A stretch of 62,935 bases of DNA, the filler included, from Octopus bimaculoides (taxonomy: Eukaryota), in assembly GCF_001194135.2 (NCBI RefSeq). It is 5 parts of 4 records of this genome, joined end to end, with 100 filler letters (N's around TTAATTAATTAA, not from the genome) between each part and the next. Parts side by side here need not be neighbours in the genome. Positions count along the whole stretch, not along the records: positions 1 to 15,628 come from NC_069009.1; 4 more parts are not named here. One strand, written 5' to 3'. The notes beneath the pieces are model-generated. The model saw nothing but the letters and a program-made list of their open reading frames with translations. It did not search any database and was not told the DNA's origin. The position numbers and the translations under genes were made by a program. Positions 1 to 14,072 of this stretch are shown here, in pieces. Within the stretch, counting starts at the first letter, position 1. Each line of letters opens with the position of its first letter.

Positions 1-428
1 TGGCATTGTATGTGCGTGTATGTGTATGAGAGTATGTGTGTGTTGTTCATACGTGTATGTATGTGTGTGTTGTTCATACGTGTATGTATGTGTGTGTACA
101 TGTGTATGTGTGTGTGTTGTGTGTAGTGTTGAGTGTGTGTTATGTGTATAGTTGTGTGTGTGGATGTATGTGTATGTGGGCGTTATGTGTGCATGTGTAT
201 GTACATGTGTGTCTATGTATAAGTTTATATATGTGTGTGTGTGAGTGTGTGTTTGTGTGTGTGTGTGACAGTCAAGAAGGCCAACTGTCACCATTTTTTT
301 GGTTTCCCTTGCTAAGGTCACATTTCCATTATACATATATTATACATACCTACATATGCTAACGAGTCTACATATATTTGCATGTACATGTGTGTGATGG
401 ATGTGCATACATGTAAATATGTGTGTGT

Positions 429-469
<41 letters not shown>

Positions 470-726
470 CATATATACTTGTGTGATTGTGTCTGAGTGT
501 GTCCATAAATATATACTTACACATATCTGCCTCTCTCTGTCTATTCAATCTGTTTAACCAGCCAGTAGCTACATGATCCTTCTGTCTGTTTGTCTCTATC
601 TATCTGTCTGTCTGTCTGTCTGCCAGTCTGTCTGTCTGTCTACTTAAAAGCATATGTATATGTGTGTGTATGTATGTCTATGTGTATATATGTGTGTGTG
701 TGTGTGTATATATATATACATATACA

Positions 727-770
<44 letters not shown>

Positions 771-1000
771 CATATATGTGCATACATATATATATACACA
801 CACACACATATATATATATACATGCACACATCTATAAACACATATAGATGTGTATAAATACATGCATGTATTTATAAATTCATACATTTACATGTGTAAA
901 TACACACACATGTGTGTGCATACATCTTAGTAAATATATACACACCAAAAATAAACACTACATAAATGAGTGCAAATACATAGCCACACACACACAGACT

Positions 1001-1040
<40 letters not shown>

Positions 1041-1060
1041 TCTGAGTGATGCAAACACTT
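1..1060. repeat. Compound (TG)n/(TA)n/(TCTG)n microsatellite field; similar fields at 7900-8870, 11630-12135, 33900-34180, 42470-42580, 47970-48066, 59240-60200 and 62090-62180
   Basis: Directly visible; these generate the C/V/Y/I/H/T-repeat ORFs. Confidence 0.95.
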
Positions 1061-1094
1061 CTGCATCCACATACATTTTGCACATGCATTAATC

Positions 1095-1672
1095 AGAGGT
1101 GATGAAAGTTACGGAGAGGGTCGCAGCCCAATCAGGGAGAAAGTGAGTCTAGATGAGATGCAGTTTGGTTTTGTGCCAGAGAGAAGCACCACTGATGCTA
1201 TATCCCTGGCAAGGCATCTGCAGGAGATGAAACCTAGTCAAAGAAAACCTCTGCACTTGGCCTTTGTTAATGTGGAGAAAGTTTTTGACAGGGTCCCTCG
1301 ATCCCTTATCTGGTGGTCAATGCGGAAACTAGGGATAGATAGATAAGTGGTTGGTGAGAGCTGTACAAGCAATGTACAGGTATGCTACCAGTAAGGTGAG
1401 GGTTGGCAACGAATATAGTGAAGAATTCTAGGTAGAAATAGGGGTTCATCCCTTTCTTGTTCATTATAGTTCTCCAGGCAATAACAGAGGAATTTAAGAC
1501 AGGCTGCCTCTGGGAGTGCCTCTATGCTGATGACCTTGTTCTTAAGGCTGAATCACTACCAGAACTAGAGAAGAAGTTTCAGGTATGGAAGAAAGGTCTA
1601 GAATTGAAGGGCCTTAGAGTTAACCTAGCAAAATCCAAAGTCTTAATTAGTAGGAAGGCAGACAAACCACAC
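1095..1672 (+). mobile_element. RTE-clade LINE reverse transcriptase remnant
   Basis: Disrupted frames read SLDEMQFGFVPERSTTDAI, LAFVNVEKVFDRVPR and LYADDLVLKAES, with stops and frameshifts. Confidence 0.9.
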
Positions 1673-3051
1673 AACATCCTCTCGTATTTTCTTTTACCCA
1701 AAGCCAGGAACTTTTCAGCAGCCTCTCATGTGTGTATATATGTGTGTATATATTTATAAATATATATAAACCATTTTTACTTCACATGAGTAGAAATATA
1801 GGTAAAATAGGAGTTGAAAATGCAATGTGCATAGTTAAGATATATTTTCATTATATTTAAAGATTTAAATGGTTTCACAATTTACACTGATTTTCAAAAA
1901 GTTCAAATAGAAAAACATGGCTTATGTTGTAGTTGTCTTGCTTCTGACTAGTGTCTGACACTTGTCCTATTTTTATAGGGAGTTCATGGCTCAAATTAGT
2001 ATGTTTTGGATAAGACTTGATTGGTAGAGGATAGTCACATGACTGGTCTTAAAAGTTTTTGTAGGTTCCCTCGCTACATCTGTGAGTATCAAGTGACAAT
2101 GTTTGGCATCATAAGTTAAGGCTGACCGAACATCTCTGGTGACAGTACCCAACAATCAATGCTCTAAATGTTTCCCACTACATACATGTGCTTGTGTCAC
2201 ATGACAGTATATTTTGGACCTAAAATGAAGGCTGACACGGTTGAGTGAACATGTTTAGTTACAATCAAGGTACTCAAAATTTAATCTGCCAGTGGGAAGA
2301 GTGGACAAGAGTCATTTGTATGTAGTCCAGGAGCTAAAGTTTAGGTTGTTAGCTGTGTAGGTTCCTCATGTTAAGTGGCAGAATGAGTTTTGTGTGTGAA
2401 TAGTTATTTGTGTGTGTACTCTGTTAGTTAAGTTTTGGTTTGTACTTTTGTATGAAAGTACTTTCTTTGTTTATCCATGCTTCATCTCTGATACTCACTG
2501 AACATAGGTAGAGTGGGAAGACCTAGAATTTGGGGGACTTATTTTTTGCACATATGTCCATGTGTCCACTTAGTAGAATCTGTCTAGTACTGACTGTTGG
2601 TGTGGGAATTGCGGAAGGTAATTTAGCACCAGTGAGGAATTTTTTGAGGAACTTTGATTATTTTGCTTGTTTCATTCTGGGGTCTTGTCTTAGTAGTGGA
2701 AAACAACCTTCTTACTGCACAGATGTGGCTGTGGGGCATTTATTATTCTTCAACAAAGCAGTGCTCCAGCATGGTCACAGTCAAATGACTGAAACAAATA
2801 AAAGAATAAATAATATCATTGACAGTGACCACTGATTTTGAGCCAGTTAAACCACCGCTGGACTGGTTGAAACTTCGAAGTCTCTGTCAACAACATTCTT
2901 GTTTAATAAATTTGTGCTCTACAACTGTATAGAGTAACCCATTAGATTAATGTAAAATCGTTTTCCTTACAACTGAACATAAAAGCAAACATATATATAT
3001 ATAGAAACTATCCCTTAGTGGGTTGAACCCCCAACCCCTAACTCTCTCACG

Positions 3052-3097
<46 letters not shown>

Positions 3098-3578
3098 NNN
3101 NNNNNNNNNNNNNNNNNNNNNNNNNNNNNNNNNNNNNNNNNNNNNNNNNNNNNNNNNNNNNNNNNNNNNNNNNNNNNNNNNNNNNNNNNNNNNNNNNNNN
3201 NNNNNNNNNNNNNNNNNNNNNNNNNNNNNNNNNNNNNNNNNNNNNNNNNNNNNNNNNNNNNNNNNNNNNNNNNNNNNNNNNNNNNNNNNNNNNNNNNNNN
3301 NNNNNNNNNNNNNNNNNNNNNNNNNNNNNNNNNNNNNNNNNNNNNNNNNNNNNNNNNNNNNNNNNNNNNNNNNNNNNNNNNNNNNNNNNNNNNNNNNNNN
3401 NNNNNNNNNNNNNNNNNNNNNNNNNNNNNNNNNNNNNNNNNNNNNNNNNNNNNNNNNNNNNNNNNNNNNNNNNNNNNNNNNNNNNNNNNNNNNNNNNNNN
3501 NNNNNNNNNNNNNNNNNNNNNNNNNNNNNNNNNNNNNNNNNNNNNNNNNNNNNNNNNNNNNNNNNNNNNNNNNNNNNN

Positions 3579-3633
<55 letters not shown>

Positions 3634-4412
3634 CACACACACACACATACATACACAGAAATAAAAACATGATGGAATCAAATATGGAGTTAAATTCACA
3701 TTTCATTTCGAGATCCTTCAATCCATTTATAATATAATTCCTCAAAAAAGAGAAAAAGAAAAAAAAATCTTCCTAAATTATTCCTGTAATGTAAAAATGA
3801 ACAGAACAATAACGTTTTTCTGTCACTAAACAAACGTTCAGAATAGTTTGAGATTTGCTGACAAGCATGTTGAATTTTGTTTGTAAATTTTTCGTTTTCT
3901 GAGTATTTTTCAAAATATATTTGAAATTAAGCAAAAAAGAAAAAAAGGAAAAGTATATAAGTATACGTAATAATAAAAATTGTTTTTTTTAATAGAACCA
4001 ACAACAGTCAGTGGAAAACAGCAACAACAAGACAGCAAGAAAGTATATTGCTGTACCATTACTGAAGATAAAACGAAATAAAACAAGCGAAACAGGTGTA
4101 AGAGGAGGGAAGTATATGAAAATATTATATCTCAGTGAACAGTTTTTCTTTAATGATCTCAAATCGATTGGGATAATTAAACTATTTATTAAAGTTTTTT
4201 TTACGAATTTCAATTGAGATAAATGCTGGTGCATATATGAGACCTGTGGAAGCATGTTTATGAATGTATGCATGCATGAGAAATAGATAAATAAACAGAG
4301 AGATAGATAGATAGATAGATAGATAGATAAATGGGGACAGATATACAGACATATATATATATAGCGTATTATAAGTGGAGTATGTTTATTTCACAATATA
4401 TATATATATATA

Positions 4413-4687
4413 TACTCTTACTCTTTTACTTGTTTCAGTCATTTGACTGCGGCCAAGCTGGAGCACCGCCTTTAGTCGAGCAAATCGACCCTAGAACTTA
4501 TTCTTTGGAAGCGTAGTACTTATTCTATCGGCCTTTTTTGCTGAACCGCTAAGTTATAGGGACGTAAACACACCACCATCGGTTGTCAAGCGATGTTGGG
4601 GGGACAAACTCAGACACACAAACATACACACATATATATATACATATATACGACAGGCTTCTTTCAGTTTCCGTCTACCAAATCCAC
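4413..4687 (-). mobile_element. tRNA-derived SINE, family 1, truncated by a gap
   Basis: Reverse complement of the body GGATTTGGTAGACGGAAACTGAAAGAAGCC...GGCGGTGCTCCAGC...GACTGAAACAAGTAAAAGAGT that recurs through the window. Confidence 0.85.
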
Positions 4688-5439
4688 NNNNNNNNNNNNN
4701 NNNNNNNNNNNNNNNNNNNNNNNNNNNNNNNNNNNNNNNNNNNNNNNNNNNNNNNNNNNNNNNNNNNNNNNNNNNNNNNNNNNNNNNNNNNNNNNNNNNN
4801 NNNNNNNNNNNNNNNNNNNNNNNNNNNNNNNNNNNNNNNNNNNNNNNNNNNNNNNNNNNNNNNNNNNNNNNNNNNNNNNNNNNNNNNNNNNNNNNNNNNN
4901 NNNNNNNNNNNNNNNNNNNNNNNNNNNNNNNNNNNNNNNNNNNNNNNNNNNNNNNNNNNNNNNNNNNNNNNNNNNNNNNNNNNNNNNNNNNNNNNNNNNN
5001 NNNNNNNNNNNNNNNNNNNNNNNNNNNNNNNNNNNNNNNNNNNNNNNNNNNNNNNNNNNNNNNNNNNNNNNNNNNNNNNNNNNNNNNNNNNNNNNNNNNN
5101 NNNNNNNNNNNNNNNNNNNNNNNNNNNNNNNNNNNNNNNNNNNNNNNNNNNNNNNNNNNNNNNNNNNNNNNNNNNNNNNNNNNNNNNNNNNNNNNNNNNN
5201 NNNNNNNNNNNNNNNNNNNNNNNNNNNNNNNNNNNNNNNNNNNNNNNNNNNNNNNNNNNNNNNNNNNNNNNNNNNNNNNNNNNNNNNNNNNNNNNNNNNN
5301 NNNNNNNNNNNNNNNNNNNNNNNNNNNNNNNNNNNNNNNNNNNNNATATATACATGCACACATGTGCATATGTATATACATGTACATGCTTCTGGTGTTT
5401 AAACATGTGGCATCACATGGTAGCTGTCTGACTATCATT

Positions 5440-5630
5440 GAAACCATGTTGTCCATTTCCAGTCACCTCTGAAAGCATGTCTGGGTATAGGAAAGTATAA
5501 CCTCCTCTGAAACAGGTGGTGGTTGATGACAGGAAGGGCATCCAGCCTGAGAATGTCTGCCTCAGCAAATTCCACCAGACCCCATAACAAGCATGGAGAA
5601 ATGGTTGTTGAATGGTGATGGCGTTATTTG
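5440..5630 (+). mobile_element. SINE family 2 fragment (AGGAAGGGCATCCAG motif)
   Basis: Shares GACAGGAAGGGCATCCAGC...AGCATGGA...GATG with the copies at 7318, 19895 and 25815. Confidence 0.6.
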
Positions 5631-6369
5631 CCATCTTTTACTTATTTCACTCATTGGACTGTAGGCATGCTGGATGACAAATACCAAAAAAAAACTGAAA
5701 TTTTGTCAGCACACTGGAAGATGGCATAACTGTATCATGTGATTTCACCATATTTGCAGATCATCAGTGGTGTATTCAAGCTGATGGCTAGACAGAGTAT
5801 AAATCAAACTGATATAGTATACGACTGGTGAAATAGTGGTGTCACGGAAAGCTGGTGGGGCCATGCATAAATTAGCTATTAGCAACACAAGCAACTTTTC
5901 TAATAAATATTAATTATGCCGGTGTACTGAGAGAATTTCATTAACCGATATTAGAATTTAGATGCTTTTTAGCATTTGGTATCTACTTGAATGATTTTTC
6001 AACATATTTGCAGTAGTATATGGTCTTATAAACATCACATCCAATTTAGGGTAGGTGTGCTAATTAACATTCCTTACAAAAGGTGTTTCTAGCTCTAATC
6101 TCTAGGAATATCATTATAAGAGGACAGTCAAAATGAGAAAATTCTAGAATGAAGCAGAGTGAATCATGTGATCACAGAATACCAAAACCATAACCTCTGC
6201 TGGGCATTTCACAAGGTTCACAGACAACACATGGACCCATGCAGTCACCAAGGGATGCCCACGCTAATGCCAACCACATTACAGAGTATACCAGGTTGTT
6301 TTTACATGGCACCAGCACCAGTGCTTTTTATATGGCACCAGCACCTGAACCAATGTTTTTCTCATGACA

Positions 6370-6560
6370 GTTTTAGGATTTCAGTACTGTTGTGGTGGGC
6401 AGGCCTTCTGAAGTACAGCACGGTGCCACATCTCTCAGTTCTCTCCCATCGCTTTTGAGATCAGCCTTCAATACTTCTTCTCATATCTTCCAGGGTCTCC
6501 CTCCTCCACAACATACCCCTGCTCTTTTTTTATGTCACTGTCCTCATCTGAGAAAAATCA
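6370..6560 (-). mobile_element. Degraded RTE LINE 3' end
   Basis: Minus-strand translation DEDSDIKK...GRPWKI*EEVLKADLK resembles the clearer RTE C-terminus at 15337. Confidence 0.4.
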
Positions 6561-6774
6561 AGGAAAAATATCAAGGAACATTTTTCGGGTAAAGGTGTAG
6601 AACTCCAGCAATCAAGAATGTTCCCTGAGAATGTTTCTCAATATAAGTGTTCCATATTTTTGTGTGTGTGTATTTTTTCTGGTATTTTCTCATAAAGTAG
6701 CTATATAACATGAGCCTGGACAGTTGTGAGATCATACCTTGTACAGTGTACAAGCGCATCTAAATATGAAATTT

Positions 6775-7130
6775 GCCACTGTGTGGCACCTTGGGCAATT
6801 GCCTTCTCCTCTAGCCTTGGACCAACCAAAGCCTTGTAAGTGGATTTGGTAGACGGAAACTGAAAGAAACCCGTCATATACATATATGTGTATATATGTG
6901 TGTGTGTGTGTGTGTGTATTTGTGTGTCTGTGTTTGTCCCCCAACCATCACATGGTATGTTGTTATGTTTACATCCTTGTAACATAGTAGTTCAGCAAAA
7001 GAGACTGATAGAATAAGTACTAGGCTTACAAACAATAAGTCCTGGGGTCAATTTGTTTGTCTAAAGATGGTGCTGCAGCATGGTCGCACACAAGCCACTG
7101 AAACAAGTAAAAGAGTAAAAGAATAAAAGA
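6775..7130 (+). mobile_element. tRNA-derived SINE, family 1
   Basis: GTGGCACCTTGGGCAA core-like motif, internal (TG)n, and GAAACAAGTAAAAGAGTAAAAGAAT tail. Confidence 0.85.
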
Positions 7131-7195
7131 ATATATATATATATAGATTACTAAATGCATATATATATAAATATATATATACGTGTTTGTGTGTT

Positions 7196-7239
<44 letters not shown>

Positions 7240-7280
7240 AAAGATGCATATATGCACATATATAAATATATGTGTGTCCA

Positions 7281-7313
<33 letters not shown>

Positions 7314-7317
7314 GACA

Positions 7318-7495
7318 CGTAAAAGCACCCACTACACTCTCTGAGTGGTTGGCGTTAGGAAGGGCATCCAGCTGTAGAAACTCTGCCAAATTAGATTGGA
7401 GCCTGGTGTTGCCATCCGGTTTCACCAGTCCTCAGTCAAATCGTCCAACCCATGCTAGCATGGAAAGGGGACGTTAAACGATGGTGATGATGATG
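7318..7495 (+). mobile_element. SINE family 2, 3' part
   Basis: GAGTGGTTGGCGTTAGGAAGGGCATCCAGCTGTAGAAACTCTGCCAAA...GACGTTAAACGATG(GAT)n; near-identical to 20025-20190. Confidence 0.8.
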
Positions 7496-8218
7496 GTATA
7501 AAACATATTCAAATTTTCATTCAAGTTTTGAAAATTCTCTGTAAAGGATATCCATACACATATAAGGACTTTCTCTCTCTCTCTCTCTCACACACACACA
7601 TGCACACAGATAAAATTACCTTTGAATTTTCTTCTTCAGTGTATATTTTGGGGAAAATGCAAGGTAGAAATTATCTGTTGCCAAATTCCAAATTATTCCA
7701 AAATATTTTTGGATATATTTTTTGGGTTTTTAAACATTTGGTGATAAATATATTTTTGCCAAAACAGTACAATTTTATATTTGGTGGGAAATATTTAAAT
7801 ATATTTTTATATTAACTTTTTACCAAATATTTTTAAAACTTATTTGTTTTTCGCTTGTAGAAAATATTAAAAACATATTAAGGGTATTTTAGATTGATGT
7901 GAAATTTAAATAAAATAAATATAAAAAAAGCAACAGTAATAATAATAATAATCATACGAAGAGGAAGAAGATATTAGGAATGATGATAATAATAATAATA
8001 AAAAGAAGAAGATATTGTGAATAATAATAAAAATAATAGTAATAATAATGATAATAATAATAATAATATATATATATAAATGTGTGTATGTGCATGTGTG
8101 TCTATGTGTAGATATGTGTGGATGTATATGCACATGCAGTACATACATACACACACATATATACATACATACATACATACATACATACATAATATATATG
8201 TATGTGTATATATATATG

Positions 8219-8306
<88 letters not shown>

Positions 8307-8475
8307 AAAATCACATAAATGCGTTTCTAAAATTGCATAATATTAGTGAATATTTTCAGAAATATTAATATTGATAAATATTGTTGGCACATGTATGTGT
8401 CATATAGGCATATGTTCACATATATATGTGCATATATATATATATACACACACATATAAATAGAAATATATACAG

Positions 8476-8508
<33 letters not shown>

Positions 8509-8680
8509 TGTATACAGACATGTATATACACATATAAGTTTACAGAGATTTAGTTATTTCGTAATAACAGCGTCCAATTTTAATAGAAGGGAGTGTGTAT
8601 ATGCAAACCAAACGATGTCTACGTGCATGTCTCTCTCCTTTTATATATACGTGTGTGTTTGTGTGTGCGTGTTGTGTGTG

Positions 8681-8719
<39 letters not shown>

Positions 8720-8778
8720 GTGTATGTAAATATATATTTCTTTCACTCTCTTTATATATAGAAATATATGTTTGTGTG

Positions 8779-8812
<34 letters not shown>

Positions 8813-9277
8813 TGTATGTATGAACATGTATGCATATATATATATGNNNNNNNNNNATATATATATATATATGTATGTATGTTTATTTAAACTGATAATG
8901 AACATGGATGTATTCCACACATGTTTAAAATGAATCAACGCCAAAACATTGCCATATACAAACAATAACAGGCAGGACAAGTAAATACTTTCTGATAGAC
9001 TTTTGTATAAACACATACACACTCACGTACACATATACATATATACATACAGATATGGACATTTGCAGGGAAACAAACTATTTTTATGACAAGCGTTATA
9101 GGAAATCGATCATGGAATTGTTAAAATGGAGAATCAAATGTTTGCATGTCTATATTTGTGTGTGTAGATGTGCTTGAAATTAATATATAGCTAATCTAAT
9201 ATGAATTATACCCATATGTAAGTTATTTTCTGGCATTTCACATTTATGTACACTCATGAACAAATATATATCTGTTC

Positions 9278-9351
<74 letters not shown>

Positions 9352-9369
9352 GTCAAACGATGAAAATGA

Positions 9370-10260
9370 GTGCTCAACACCGTATTGGTGGATATAATTA
9401 TTTATTTGTGAATTGAAGCTACCATTGGTTTCTGGTTAAGAAAAGTAGGAAAATATTCTAGTGTCTTAATTTTTCAAGCCAATGACATGGAGAAAGGTGT
9501 AAAATATTGCTTGTGTATGCAAAGAGAGAAGGTTTCATCCCTAATGCTTAGGATGTTGTCAGTTGATTGAATAATGTTTAATTTTTCTGTACTACAGAGT
9601 TCACATTTGGTACTCTGTCCTCTGTAACTTTTGGCTTTAGCAATGATTTTTCATGCTCTGTAGGGGTTGCTTATTCAACTTTTCAACGTCCATATCATAT
9701 TTGACAGGGATATTGTATATTTTTTGCCTCTGAATGATGCCAGATGTTATGTATAGCTTTTCTTGAATGAGTTGCCCATCATTCCAATATACGTCTTTGC
9801 TATTCTTTTGGGGTCTGTGATCTTGGCCTTGTGTATGAGTTCTTTCCTGAAGCAGTTGTTTAGAGGACAGCGGTTTGGGGATATGCATTGTCTTTCGGGG
9901 GTGTTTCTGGTCTGTTTATTTTTTATTGTGATTGAGTATTATTAACCCTACAATGTGGAGACAACTTTAGCTAACTTTAGCAGTATTTCTGTTGAAGATT
10001 TTGTGGTACTTGTGACAATGTGGAAAGTGGTTGTCTATTAGTTTCAAGAATTTCCTAGCTATATTAGTAGCTACATTCATGCTATAAGATGGACTGAACC
10101 ATAAGATTTTCCTCTGTCTGCGTCTTCAATGTAGTATAGGCTATTCTTGAAGTTGGACCTTTCTAATACAGCATTATAATATGGGGTGACATTTTCAAGT
10201 GTCTTTGTCGGCAGAAAAATTGGAGATGCACCTGCTAATGTTGTTAACCATTTGTTTAAT
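9370..10260 (-). mobile_element. Penelope-like element remnant (RT thumb/linker plus GIY-YIG endonuclease)
   Basis: Disrupted frames read [44 protein letters not shown] and CPLNNCFRKELIHKAKIT...KTYIGMMGNSFKKSYT*HLASF. Confidence 0.85.
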
Positions 10261-10619
10261 TACTGCTGGTACACACACACGCACACACATATATATATAT
10301 ATACACACAAGTTAAGTAGAGTTAGTGGTTATAGTAACCGAGTGAGGGATAAAAATATCCATATTTACTATCGGTGTCAGTTACCTGTTTTACCCTGGGC
10401 ATGGCTATGCAGGCACATTATGCTCGTAGTGTACAGGTAACAACAGAATAAACCAAAGTTTATCAGGAATCAAATTTAAATAATCAGAAAATGGAGAAAA
10501 CTTTTGATCAACAAACAAACTGGACCACATCTGTAGATTATTTTTTAATGCAAAACGTAATATTTCTATGACAGAAATTTTATATTTATGTATGTATATA
10601 TAAATGAAAAAATGTGTAT

Positions 10620-10860
10620 AAGGCTATATTTTGACTGTTCATCCTTGACTACCGTCCTAAATCACACTTTGTGTTGTTTTGCTTGTTTTGTTTTGTTTAC
10701 CCTTGTCCCTAATTCTCAGCAAGAAAACCATTTTTTTGTGGGCACCGCCAATTGGGAAGCACTCTGTCTTATCGTTAAAAGTGCAAAACTGATGAAGAAT
10801 TATGAACCTTCTGTTTGTCTCCAGTTCATTTTTACATTCAGTAAACCTTACATCGTTTGT
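10620..10860 (+). mobile_element. Repeat family H2 (probable PLE 3' end) with an internally deleted permuted hammerhead-like motif
   Basis: Aligns with 44750-44900 (+) and 43890-44160 (-). The deletion joins two AACTGA microhomologies. Confidence 0.7.
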
Positions 10861-10914
10861 TTATACACACTTTTTCTTTATTAAATAATGGAACGCTACA
10901 CATACCAAATTTGT

Positions 10915-10951
<37 letters not shown>

Positions 10952-11034
10952 CTTACACACACACACATATATTTTTCACAATAAACACAGTGTGTTGAAA
11001 TGAGGAAAGCAAGCTAACAGAAATATTTTTAAAT

Positions 11035-11345
11035 TCTTTGGTCGGCCCGAGGCTATAGTAGAAGACACTTTCCCAAGGTGCCATGCAATGTATGTCTTTG
11101 TATTATATTTGCCTTCCACCACCGCTTGACAAGCAGTGCTGGTGTGTTTAAGTCCTTGTAACCTAGCAGTTAAGCAAAAGAGAGCAATGGAATAAGTCTC
11201 TAAGCGCTTTGGCNNNNNNNNNNNNNNNNNNNNNNNNNNNNNNNNNNNNNNNNNNNNNNNNNNNNNNNNNNNNNNNNNNNNNNNNNNNNNNNNNNNNNNN
11301 NNNNNNNNNNNNNNGCAGTCCAATGGCTGAAACAAATTAAAAACA
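11035..11345. mobile_element. Rearranged SINE family 1 fragments around a gap
   Basis: A minus-orientation 5' part (GGTCGGCCCGAGGCTATAGTAGAAGACAC) is followed by a plus-orientation body. Confidence 0.65.
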
Positions 11346-11959
11346 AAAGACTAATACAGAGCAAAAGAGACGCATGAAAGATCAGTAAGGGATAAAATAT
11401 TAGCGAGAATGCAAATGGTTTAAAATAGCTGAGTGTTCATATATCAATTTTATGAGTGTTTCCCGCCAACAAGCGTATGTTATCACGAGAGCTGACTTCC
11501 TGTTTGGGAGGCAGGGAAAATTCATTGCTGCGGAGCGGAAATACACATCAAATGAACATTACCTCTCTACATGCTGGAGTACAAACATTAATTTTCAGAC
11601 AAAACATTGACGTAAACATTTATTAAATACGCACGCACACACACACGCACACACACACACGCACACACACACACACACGCGCACACACACATGCACACAC
11701 ACACACACATATATATATGCATAGATGCAGATATCTACAAACACACACACATATATAAATGCGTTAATATATATATAAGCATACATACATGCAAACATGT
11801 ACAAACATATACATACATATATAAATGAATACATGTATATTATATATATATATATATATAAACACACGCATACATATATAAATGTGTATATATGTATATA
11901 TATATGCATTAATATATATATATATATATAATATATTTATATATATATATATGTATATA

Positions 11960-12025
<66 letters not shown>

Positions 12026-12137
12026 TATACATAGATGTATACATATATATGTATACAGAGATCCATAAATGCATATATACTTCTCTTTCTCCCCATATAT
12101 ATGCATACGTACATACATACATACATACATATATATA

Positions 12138-12628
12138 AATGTTCATCCCATAAATAATGTGTTTCTTTTTATACTTCTTCTATTTTTCAAAATTAAGATA
12201 AACAATGTTCTTTTTTACTCTAAAATATTCACTCCTTCATTTTCTACAATGCTCTTCCATCTTATCTGGTAAACTTGCAAGGCCCCTCTTCCATAATTCA
12301 CTTGTCCATCATGAAAAATACTCCTCCAGTATTGCTCTAGCCTTGTCTACAGAATCCATATTTTCTCTGTCCAAATGATTTTGAAGACTGTAGAATAAAT
12401 CAGCTGGGGCAATGTCCAGTGAATATGACGGGTGGGGCATCATTTCCATTCAAACTACTCCAACCTTTGGAATGTCATCCTTACTGTATGTGGCCAAGCA
12501 TTATCCTGATTGAAGAACATCTTTCATCTTGAAACCAAAGATGGTTATTTTTCTTCTGGCACTGCTCAAGCAGTTTGCAGTAGATCTTTCTTGTTGTTTG
12601 GTTGGGGTTTAAAAGTTCAAAGTGGACT
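12138..12628 (-). mobile_element. mariner (DD34D) transposase C-terminal remnant with 3' end
   Basis: QDNAWPH...W(E)MMPHPSYSLDIAPAD gives D34D spacing, followed by RWKSIVENEG; stops and frameshifts; truncated by a gap. Confidence 0.85.
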
Positions 12629-13554
12629 NNNNNNNNNNNNNNNNNNNNNNNNNNNNNNNNNNNNNNNNNNNNNNNNNNNNNNNNNNNNNNNNNNNNNNNN
12701 NNNNNNNNNNNNNNNNNNNNNNNNNNNNNNNNNNNNNNNNNNNNNNNNNNNNNNNNNNNNNNNNNNNNNNNNNNNNNNNNNNNNNNNNNNNNNNNNNNNN
12801 NNNNNNNNNNNNNNNNNNNNNNNNNNNNNNNNNNNNNNNNNNNNNNNNNNNNNNNNNNNNNNNNNNNNNNNNNNNNNNNNNNNNNNNNNNNNNNNNNNNN
12901 NNNNNNNNNNNNNNNNNNNNNNNNNNNNNNNNNNNNNNNNNNNNNNNNNNNNNNNNNNNNNNNNNNNNNNNNNNNNNNNNNNNNNNNNNNNNNNNNNNNN
13001 NNNNNNNNNNNNNNNNNNNNNNNNNNNNNNNNNNNNNNNNNNNNNNNNNNNNNNNNNNNNNNNNNNNNNNNNNNNNNNNNNNNNNNNNNNNNNNNNNNNN
13101 NNNNNNNNNNNNNNNNNNNNNNNNNNNNNNNNNNNNNNNNNNNNNNNNNNNNNNNNNNNNNNNNNNNNNNNNNNNNNNNNNNNNNNNNNNNNNNNNNNNN
13201 NNNNNNNNNNNNNNNNNNNNNNNNNNNNNNNNNNNNNNNNNNNNNNNNNNNNNNNNNNNNNNNNNNNNNNNNNNNNNNNNNNNNNNNNNNNNNNNNNNNN
13301 NNNNNNNNNNNNNNNNNNNNNNNNNNNNNNNNNNNNNNNNNNNNNNNNNNNNNNNNNNNNNNNNNNNNNNNNNNNNNNNNNNNNNNNNNNNNNNNNNNNN
13401 NNNNNNNNNNNNNNNNNNNNNNNNNNNNNNNNNNNNNNNNNNNNNNNNNNNNNNNNNNNNNNNNNNNNNNNNNNNNNNNNNNNNNNNNNNNNNNNNNNNN
13501 NNNNNNNNNNNNNNNNNNNNNNNNNNNNNNNNNNNNNNNNNNNNNNNNNNNNNN

Positions 13555-13597
<43 letters not shown>

Positions 13598-13604
13598 TAC
13601 ATAT

Positions 13605-14005
13605 TCTTTTATTCTCTTACTTGCCTTAGTCATTTTGACAGTGGCCATGCTGGAACATCGTTTTTAGTTGAACAAATTGACCCCAGGACTTACTCTTTTA
13701 AGCCAAGTACGTATTGTATTGGTCTCTTTTGCTGAACTGCTAGTATTACAGGGACGTAAACACACCACCATCGGTTGTCAAGACGGTGGTGGGACAAACA
13801 CAGACACAAAGACACACACACATATACACATACACATATATACAATAATGGGCTTCTTTCAGTTTCCATCTACCAAATCCACTCACAAGGCATTAGTTGG
13901 CCCGAGGCTATAGTAGAAGACACTTGCCCAAGGTGCCATGCAGTGGGACTGAACCCGGAACCATATGGTTGGTAAGCAAGCTACTTACCACACAGCTACG
14001 CCTAC
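13605..14005 (-). mobile_element. Near full-length tRNA-derived SINE, family 1
   Basis: Minus strand has a tRNA-like head (GTGGTAAGTAGCTTGCTTACCAACCATATGGTTCCGGGTTCAGTCCC), core, microsatellite and tail. Confidence 0.88.
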
Positions 14006-14037
14006 ACCTACATATATGTGTGTGTGTGTGTGTGTGT

Positions 14038-14072
<35 letters not shown>

